NCBI GenBank assembly: GCA_963847705.1
Contig: CAWKBC010000030.1
Location: forward strand, 224,001 to 288,000
Reading direction: 5' to 3'
DNA length: 64,000 nt
From: an uncultured Pseudomonadota bacterium
GTDB taxonomy: Bacteria > Myxococcota_A > Polyangia > Fen-1088
The position numbers were made by a program, and so were the translations under genes. Of the stretch, positions 36,579 to 43,523 are shown in pieces. How positions within the stretch are numbered: the first letter of the stretch is position 1; the number at the start of each line of letters is the position of its first letter. The notes under the pieces are model-generated. The model made no database searches, was not told the DNA's origin, and worked only from the letters and a program-made list of their open reading frames with translations.

Positions 36579-38543
36579 TTAGCGCGCGGGAGCGCCGAGG
36601 GTGGTCAGCAGCCGGCGTGCGTCGTCGTCGGTGACGGCCAGCGCGCTCAAGCGGGCGCGGGCGCCGTCGGCGGTCGCCGCGTCGCCGAGGCGTCCCGCCG
36701 CCTGCGCGCGGGTGGCGAGCGCGCCCGGATAGTCGTGCAGGATCCCCAGCGCACGTGCGGCCGCTGCCGCCGCGCCACGGGGGTCGTCAGCGGCGAGGCG
36801 CGCGCGCGCAAGCGCCTCCCAGGCGTTCGCAGAATAGAGCTCCACCGCGAGCGCCCGCTCGGCGGCGGCGCCGGCCTCGGGCGGGTGGCCGGCCTCGAGC
36901 TCGGCCGCCGAGGCGCGCAGCGCCACCTGAAAGCTCCCGGGCGTGGCGCGCTCGGCGCGCGCCAGGAACGGCAGCGCGCGCTCGGCGTCGGCGGGGGTGT
37001 TGCCGGCACGGAGGGCGGCGTCGAAACGCGCGATGAAGTACGACGCCTCGAGCTGGCGGGCCGACCACCAGGTGACGAAGATGATCAGACCGACGGCGAT
37101 CGGGGCGAGCACCAGCCGGCGCGCGCCGGCCCGTTTGATGGCGGTCGCCGTCGTCGCCACCGCGCGCTCGGGCTCGGTCGGCGCGCCGGCAGCGAGGAGT
37201 CCCACCGCGACGCCGAACAGAAAGACGGTGGCGGGCATGGCGAAGGGAAATCCGGTCAGGCCGCAGCCCACGAAGGCAGCCAGGCTGCCAGCACAGGCGG
37301 CGGCCGTGTCGCCTTCGCCGGGGAGGTCTGCGCGCCGTGCCGCGCGCACCCGGCGGACCGCGGCGGCGCCCAACGCGACGTAGAGGGCCAGCAGCGCGGC
37401 CAGACCGAACGGCCCCGTCTCGGCGAGCCGCTCCAGGAGATCGTTGTGGGCACGCCGCGGGACAGCCGTCGGTGACAGCACGCCGTCCTCGGTCGCGTTC
37501 GGCTCGGCGTAGAGGGGGAAGAGCACGGGAAAGTTCCCCGGGCCGATCCCCGTCAGCGGCTGCGAACGGTAGAGCGCCCAGGTCCGGCGCCAGAGCGCCA
37601 GGCGGGTGCGTGCGACCGGCGAGCTCGGATCGACGGCGTCGCGGACCACGCGCGTGGCGGGCTCGAACCGTTTGACGTCGAGCGCGTCGTGGGCGGTCCA
37701 GCGGCCGGGGATCGCCGCCCCGGCGAGGGCCAGCATCGCGACCGCGGCCACGGCGCCGACGGCCGCGCGTGACAGGCGAGGGCGGCGGAGCGCGAAGAAG
37801 ACGCCGATCCCGAGCGCCCCGCCCATCCAGGCCCCCCGCGCGCGGGCCACGGCCAGGTAGCCGATCTCCAGCACCAGAAACAGCGCCATCATCCGGCGAT
37901 GCCCCCGCGACGTCGCGGGGCCTCTCGTTTCGCCGAATCCGAGCAGACCAAAGCCGAACGGGATCGCCATCGCCACCGCCTCGGCGGCGACGTTGCGGTT
38001 GCCGAACGTCGAGCCGGGGACGCTGATCGACGGGATCGGCAGCGGCGAAAGACGGAGGTGCTGGGCGAGGCCGAGCAGCGCCACCAGGCCCGCGCTGGCG
38101 TGAATCGCCTCGCAGAGCCTGCGCGCGTTGCGGACCTCGGTGCGCGCCGCGTGGGCCGCGCCGACGGCCACCCCCAACATCGCCCCGATGCGGATGAGCT
38201 CGACAGGGGCGTACGGGGCGCCGGGCGCACCCCTGCCGGCCGCGCGCATCGCCGCGAGGACGGACAGAAGCCCGAACGCGGCGGCGGCGCCCAAGATCCT
38301 TCGGTCGCAGGCGCGGTCGCCTGGGACGCCCCCTCGGTCCTCGGGCGCCGCTCGCGGCGGCCACGATCCGGCGGCCCATCCCAAGAAGCCGCAGCCGCCG
38401 GCCAGCAAGAGAATGGCCAGCTTCGGGGCGACGAACGGCGAGTTGAGCGCCGGGAGGTACCCCAGCATGATCGCCACGGTTGCGACGGCCAGCGCGTTTC
38501 CGACCAAGGCGGCAGAGCGATCGCTGTCGCGGGCTGCGCTCAT
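36579..38543 (-). CDS. O-antigen ligase-family protein with C-terminal TPR (oligosaccharyltransferase/polymerase-like)
   Basis: Many TMs, STFGNRN, RARGAW, RLALW, PLTGIGPGNF, AHNDLLERLAETG, helical TPR-like tail. Confidence 0.85.
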   Translation of the reverse strand: MSAARDSDRSAALVGNALAVATVAIMLGYLPALNSPFVAPKLAILLLAGGCGFLGWAAGSWPPRAAPEDRGGVPGDRACDRRILGAAAAFGLLSVLAAMRAAGRGAPGAPYAPVELIRIGAMLGVAVGAAHAARTEVRNARRLCEAIHASAGLVALLGLAQHLRLSPLPIPSISVPGSTFGNRNVAAEAVAMAIPFGFGLLGFGETRGPATSRGHRRMMALFLVLEIGYLAVARARGAWMGGALGIGVFFALRRPRLSRAAVGAVAAVAMLALAGAAIPGRWTAHDALDVKRFEPATRVVRDAVDPSSPVARTRLALWRRTWALYRSQPLTGIGPGNFPVLFPLYAEPNATEDGVLSPTAVPRRAHNDLLERLAETGPFGLAALLALYVALGAAAVRRVRAARRADLPGEGDTAAACAGSLAAFVGCGLTGFPFAMPATVFLFGVAVGLLAAGAPTEPERAVATTATAIKRAGARRLVLAPIAVGLIIFVTWWSARQLEASYFIARFDAALRAGNTPADAERALPFLARAERATPGSFQVALRASAAELEAGHPPEAGAAAERALAVELYSANAWEALARARLAADDPRGAAAAAARALGILHDYPGALATRAQAAGRLGDAATADGARARLSALAVTDDDARRLLTTLGAPAR

Positions 38544-38554
38544 CCCAACCTACG

Positions 38555-40654
38555 CTACGCCGAGATGACGTCGGCCGTCGACCGGGGGCCCTGGGCGAGC
38601 CACTTCGCGCGCAGCTCGTCGAGCCGCGTCTCGAACCGCCGCAGCACCCGCCGGCGATGGTCGGAGAGGTGCAGCTTCAGAATCCCGCCCGACACCACCA
38701 CGTCGGCGCGCGGCGCCCGGGCGGCGCGCCGCCCGAGATGAAACCGCCAGGCGGTCCCCAGGAGCTGCTCGACGGCCGCCCCCCCGAAGGCGAGCGCGCG
38801 CTCCCCGAGGCGCTGGACGCCCGAGCTGTCGATGGCGTTGGTCGCGGGGCGCGGTTCGTAGGCAGGGTAGAAATCGCGCACCCAGTCGCGGTTGGCTTCG
38901 ACGAAGCGCTCGAAGGTGTCGAGCCCGGCGATGGGGACCAGCGACAGCGCCTGGTGGGCGGTGAAGAGATCGTGGTGATAGGCGATCTGCAGGTTGTTCT
39001 CGTCGACGAGGTAGTTCGGGCAGACCACGCCGCGCGTGCGGGTGAGGCGGCTGGCCAGGAAGAGCAGCGTGTAGGTGGTGAAGATCCTCCCCGCGGCGGT
39101 CACCACGAAGAGATCGATGTCGTCGCCGCCACGCGAGTTTCGGTGGGCGGTCCCGCCCGACAGCGCCAGCGAGCGAACGAACGGCAGCGCCGCCAGCGCC
39201 GCGATGACCCGCCGGTGACGCTCCAGGAGCTCGGCGGTCCGTCGGATCCCGTCGGTGCGCCGGACCACCAGCGCTTCTCGCCCGCGCAAGGTGAGATGAC
39301 CCTGGGGGTCGAGCGCCAGCAGGTCGCGGAGCGGGAGCGCGGCGGCGCGGCGCGCCACCTCGGCGGCATCGAGGCGCTCACCCAGACACGAGCGCGCCAG
39401 ATCGTCGACGGTGACGGCGGCGTCGAACAGATCGGCGTAGGCGACGGTGGCGGCGATGGCCCAGTCGCGCGCGTCGGCGCCGGCCGGCGGCGCGACCACC
39501 GCGCCCGCGCTGGCGGCGCGCCGCGGGGTCGTGCGGCGCGCCCGCGTCTCGTGGGCCAGCGCCCACAGACGCTCGGCCGCCGTCGACCAGGAGAACGTCG
39601 CCGCGCGCGCCAGTCCCCGCTCCCGCGCCGCCGCCCGGGCGATCGGGCTCTCCGCCAGCACCCTCAGCTCCGCGGCCAGCGCCGCGTCGTCGCCGGGGGG
39701 GACCAAGACGGCCGCGTCGCCGCTCACCTCTCGCAGCGCCGCGACGTCGGTCGCCACCACCGGCGTCCCGCAGGCCATCGCCTCCACCACCGGCAGCCCG
39801 AACCCCTCGAAGTGCGAGGGGTAAGCCATCGCCACCGCGCCGCCGTAGAGCGCCACCAGGTCGTCCTCCGGGACGTAGCCGAGCAGGTGCACGCGCCCCG
39901 TCCCGATGCGCAGCGCCAGCTCGGCGCGCAGCTCGCGGTCGCGCCAGCCCTTGGCTCCGACGGTCACCAGATCGAGCTCCGCGGCCGGCGAGCCGGCTGT
40001 CGCGCGCAGCCGGTCGAACGCCTTCAGCAAGAGCGGGAGGTTCTTGCGCGGCTCCAGCGTCCCGACGGTCAAGATGTAGGGGCGGGCGATCCCGTAGCGG
40101 GCGCGCACGCGCGCGATCGCCACGTCGTCGGGTGGACGGCAGGCGGGGTGGGGCGCGCCCGGCAACATCAAGATGCGCTCCTCCGGGACGCCGAGCAGCG
40201 TGACGACGTCGCGCCGCGAAGCCTCGGAGACGGTGCCGACCGCCACCGCGCCGCGCGCCACGACCGGAAGCAGGGGGCGCATGAGCGCGCGTTTGCGGGC
40301 GTTGAAGAACTGCGGCGTCCGGATCAGCGCCAGATCGTGCACGACGTTGACGTAGGGGCAGGGCGGAGCGAGCGGTGCCAGGTAGTTGGGGAAGAGCGCG
40401 AAGTCGGCGCCCGCCTCCTCGAGCATCCGGCCGGCGTCCCGTTGCATCCAGAGGTAGCGGAGCCGGACGCCGCCGGTGCGCAACCGACCGGCCCACTTGC
40501 GGGCGGCGGTCGGCGCCAGCTCGCGGTTGCCGATCAGCGTGACCTCGTCGCCGGGCGGCGCGCTGGCGATGAGCGCGTCGACCAGGTGCTCGGTGTAGTA
40601 GCCGACCCCGGTCCGTTCGGCGGTGCAGGTGGTGACCTCGACGGCGAGCTTCAT
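38555..40654 (-). CDS. GT4 glycosyltransferase fused to a C-terminal nucleotidyltransferase-like domain
   Basis: GT4 part: TGVGYY, VHDL, VGTLEPRKN, EGFGLPVVEAMACG. C-terminal part: YADLFD, LPFVRSLALSGG..DDIDLFVVT, CPNY, DLFTAHQ. Confidence 0.88.
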   Translation of the reverse strand: MKLAVEVTTCTAERTGVGYYTEHLVDALIASAPPGDEVTLIGNRELAPTAARKWAGRLRTGGVRLRYLWMQRDAGRMLEEAGADFALFPNYLAPLAPPCPYVNVVHDLALIRTPQFFNARKRALMRPLLPVVARGAVAVGTVSEASRRDVVTLLGVPEERILMLPGAPHPACRPPDDVAIARVRARYGIARPYILTVGTLEPRKNLPLLLKAFDRLRATAGSPAAELDLVTVGAKGWRDRELRAELALRIGTGRVHLLGYVPEDDLVALYGGAVAMAYPSHFEGFGLPVVEAMACGTPVVATDVAALREVSGDAAVLVPPGDDAALAAELRVLAESPIARAAARERGLARAATFSWSTAAERLWALAHETRARRTTPRRAASAGAVVAPPAGADARDWAIAATVAYADLFDAAVTVDDLARSCLGERLDAAEVARRAAALPLRDLLALDPQGHLTLRGREALVVRRTDGIRRTAELLERHRRVIAALAALPFVRSLALSGGTAHRNSRGGDDIDLFVVTAAGRIFTTYTLLFLASRLTRTRGVVCPNYLVDENNLQIAYHHDLFTAHQALSLVPIAGLDTFERFVEANRDWVRDFYPAYEPRPATNAIDSSGVQRLGERALAFGGAAVEQLLGTAWRFHLGRRAARAPRADVVVSGGILKLHLSDHRRRVLRRFETRLDELRAKWLAQGPRSTADVISA

Positions 40655-40765
40655 GCTGAAAAAGGCCTCGGTTGTCGCGTCGGATCGAGCATGTCAGAGT
40701 CCGCTGGCGGCCGCGTTGCCGACGGGGATCGGAAAAGAATGCTCTGCGCTCGGCCGTCTTTCCAT

Positions 40766-40793
40766 GCGCTTTTTTGCCGGGCGCTTTTTTGCC
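40766..40793 (+). repeat. Exact 13-bp direct repeat in the divergent GT/flippase intergenic region
   Basis: GCGCTTTTTTGCC at 40766 and 40781 (15-bp period). Confidence 0.6.
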
Positions 40794-40824
40794 TGCCCGG
40801 CCGGCGTTCGCGACGGACCGCCGC

Positions 40825-42087
40825 ATGACGGTGTCGCTCGGGCAGCTGGGCAAGCTGGGCAAGGACGGACGAACGGCGCTCGGCAACGTGGTCGTCAAGG
40901 CGCTCTCCGTCCCCGTCGAGAAGGCCTGCCGGCTGCTCCTCATGGTGGTGGCGGCACCGATCCTGGGCGCCGCGGCCTTCGGCAGCTACCAGTTCGCGTT
41001 TGCCACGACGACGATGCTGGCGCTCTGCACCGATCTGGGAATGGGCGTCTGGACCACGCGCGCGCTGGCCCGCGATCGGACGCGCGCCCCGGTCATCGTG
41101 GCCACCGCGCTCCGGCTGAGGTACCTGGCGTCGCTCCCCTACCTGGCGGTGGTGGCGCTCGTCGCTGCGCTGGCCGGGCCGGGCGACACCCGGTGGGCGC
41201 TGGCGCTGCTGGGGCTGGCGGCGCTGGTCAACGCCTTCGTCGATTACCTCCTCTCGATCTTCCGCGGGTTCGAGCGGCTCGTCGACGAGGCGCATCTGAA
41301 CGTGGCGCGCGCCCTGTTCATCGCGGCCGGCGGCCTGGCGGCGCTGGCGGTTCACCGCACCGTCGGCGCGCTCGCGGCTGGGCTGCTTGCCGGCGTGGTG
41401 GGGAGCGGCCTTTACGGCCGGCGCCTCTTGAGACGCGGCTACGGGCTCGACGCGAAAACCAGCAAGTTCGATGGCGAGCTCTGGCGCGCCGCCGCGCGGG
41501 AGGCGCTGCCGCTCTGGCTGGCGACGCTGTTCTCGCTGCTCTATTTCAAGGGCGACGTCGTCATCCTCAAGGCCTTCGCCGGCGACGCGGAGGTCGGCGC
41601 CTACAGCGCGGCCTACAAGATCTTCGAGGGCCTGATGATCGTCCCGTCGGTCGTGCTGGCGGCGACCTTTCCGCCGCTGGCGCGGGCCAAGGGCGATCCG
41701 CCGCGCCAGCGCCGCTGGGAGCTGGCGCTGGCGGCGCTGCTGCTGACGCTGGGCACCGCCCTCGCGCTGGGCCTCTATCTGGCGAGCGATCGGGTCGTCG
41801 CGCTGGTCTACGGCGCCGGGTTCGTGCGGGCCGCGCCGTCGCTGCGGGTGCTGGCGCTCGCGCTGCCGATCCTCTTCCTGAACTACGGCCTCACGCACTT
41901 TCTGATCGCGCGCGATCTGGAGCGGCGCAACCTGCTGTTCGCGGCGCTCATGCTGGTCGTCAACGTGAGCGCCAATCTCCTGTTGATTCCCCGGCTCGCC
42001 GGTCCGGGCGCCGCCTGCGCCACCCTCCTCACCGAGGTGGCGCTGACGCTCTGCTGCGCGATCGCGCTGCGGCTGCGCAGCGGCTAG
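40825..42087 (+). CDS. Wzx-type oligosaccharide flippase
   Basis: About 12 TMs; ILGAAAFGSY, DLGM, IFRGFER, YFKGDVVIL, EVGAYSAAYK, NLLLIPRL..GAACAT. Confidence 0.9.
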   Translation: MTVSLGQLGKLGKDGRTALGNVVVKALSVPVEKACRLLLMVVAAPILGAAAFGSYQFAFATTTMLALCTDLGMGVWTTRALARDRTRAPVIVATALRLRYLASLPYLAVVALVAALAGPGDTRWALALLGLAALVNAFVDYLLSIFRGFERLVDEAHLNVARALFIAAGGLAALAVHRTVGALAAGLLAGVVGSGLYGRRLLRRGYGLDAKTSKFDGELWRAAAREALPLWLATLFSLLYFKGDVVILKAFAGDAEVGAYSAAYKIFEGLMIVPSVVLAATFPPLARAKGDPPRQRRWELALAALLLTLGTALALGLYLASDRVVALVYGAGFVRAAPSLRVLALALPILFLNYGLTHFLIARDLERRNLLFAALMLVVNVSANLLLIPRLAGPGAACATLLTEVALTLCCAIALRLRSG

Positions 42088-43010
42088 AACCAGCCCCCGA
42101 GCGTGCTCTCCGCGCCCAGGTACGCCCGCCGGTTGTCGATGGTGTTGGCGGTGTGGACGATGTCGACGTAGCCGTCGGGGCCGAAGCCGACGAAGAAGTG
42201 CTGGGCCAGATGCAGCAGGACGGGGGCGTAGATCTGGACGAAGGCCGCGTTCTCGGTGATCACGGTGTCGGGGCCGATGGGGAAGGACGTCCCGTCGACG
42301 CTCACGGAGCCCCCCATGGGAGCCGACAGCGTCGTTCGGCTCTGCCAGACCCCCAGCGAGAGCTTGGGCCAGAACGAGACCCGGTCCCCCAGCCAAAAGT
42401 TGCCGCCCAGCGCGACGGTCGCCCCGAACGTGAGGGCCTTGTCCCCGATGTCGATGCCGGAGGTGCTGTCGGTGTAGCGAAAGAACGCCGAGACCCCTTC
42501 CGAGAAGCTCGGGGCCGAGAAGTAGTCGAACGCTGGCTGGATGCTCACCGAGGTGCTCGAGCTGCCGCCGGAGCTGTAACCGAGGTGGCCGAAGCTGGCG
42601 CTGAGGGCGCCCGTGAATGCCATTGCCCCCGCGTCGCCGAAGCGAACCGGTGGCTTGGACGCAGCTTCCTCGTCGGCGCTGGGAAGCTCCGGCGTGACGA
42701 CAGGCTTGCTCGCGCCGGTCGAAGTGGGCTCGAGGAGCAGCGGGGCCGGGGCAGCTGGCGGCGCGGGCGCTGCTGGAGCGGTCACCAGCGATGACGATGG
42801 GGGCGCCACCGGTTCGGCCGCCGGTTCGCCCGTGGGTGCGGCCGCCGGCCCGCCCGCGGGTGCGGCCGCCGGCTCGCCCGCAGGTGCGGTCGCCGGCCCG
42901 CCCGTGGGTGCGGTCGCCGGCCCGCCCGCAGGTGCGGTCGCCGCGACGCTGGCGCGAGGGTCACCGGCCAGGAACGCCGCGACCATCAGGGCTGTCAGCA
43001 AACCGCTCAT
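42084..43010 (-). CDS. Outer-membrane beta-barrel protein with Pro/Ala-rich repeat linker
   Basis: Signal peptide, 8-aa G(G/E)PA(T/A)AP(T/A) repeats, amphipathic strands, C-terminal GGWF. Confidence 0.7.
   Translation of the reverse strand: MSGLLTALMVAAFLAGDPRASVAATAPAGGPATAPTGGPATAPAGEPAAAPAGGPAAAPTGEPAAEPVAPPSSSLVTAPAAPAPPAAPAPLLLEPTSTGASKPVVTPELPSADEEAASKPPVRFGDAGAMAFTGALSASFGHLGYSSGGSSSTSVSIQPAFDYFSAPSFSEGVSAFFRYTDSTSGIDIGDKALTFGATVALGGNFWLGDRVSFWPKLSLGVWQSRTTLSAPMGGSVSVDGTSFPIGPDTVITENAAFVQIYAPVLLHLAQHFFVGFGPDGYVDIVHTANTIDNRRAYLGAESTLGGWF
42810..42945 (-). repeat. 24-bp coding tandem repeat (about 5 copies)
   Basis: ggtgcgg(c/t)cgccggc(c/t)cgcccg units encoding GGPATAPT/GEPAAAPA. Confidence 0.8.
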
Positions 43011-43046
43011 CGTCGAGTCTCTGTATCACGATCGCTGCCGCGAGAG

Positions 43047-43523
43047 CTATCGACGCTTTGTTGTCGGCGTGGCCCGCGGGACGCCCCTGAGGAGCGCCGC
43101 GATCTCGGCGATCCCCAGCCGGCTGCCGGCGACGGTGAGCGGGGCCAGCGTCCGGGCGAGGAAGGCCAGCTGCCCGGCGTCTTCGAGGTCCGCGAAGAGG
43201 ATGGCGGGGAGCGCGACGCCGGAGGCGCGAAGCCGTCGCAGGATCAGGATCCCCTGCGTCTCGGCCAGCCGCGTGCGTGTCCCGGCGTCCATCGCCGCGG
43301 GCGCCGGTCCCTGCTCGTCGACCAGCCGGTCAGCCGGCGTGCGGCGAAAATCGAGATCGAGCAGGAGCGCGTCGGCGTCCGCCGCGGCGTCGCGCGCTTC
43401 GCCGAAGTCCTGCGCCGGGAGAAAATCGAACGACTCGCCCAGGAAGCGCCGGAAGCGCTCCAGGTACTCGGCGCCGTCCTCGCAGACGACGAAGCGGAGG
43501 CGGGCCTCGGCCGGCGAGGTCAC
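43047..43523 (-). CDS. Atypical stand-alone receiver-domain protein
   Basis: GTGA overlap with the upstream kinase; FVVCEDG, ALLLDLDF, QGILILRRLR, LPAILFA. It is the C-terminal part of the 799-aa ORF in the track. Confidence 0.7.
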   Translation of the reverse strand: MTSPAEARLRFVVCEDGAEYLERFRRFLGESFDFLPAQDFGEARDAAADADALLLDLDFRRTPADRLVDEQGPAPAAMDAGTRTRLAETQGILILRRLRASGVALPAILFADLEDAGQLAFLARTLAPLTVAGSRLGIAEIAALLRGVPRATPTTKRR

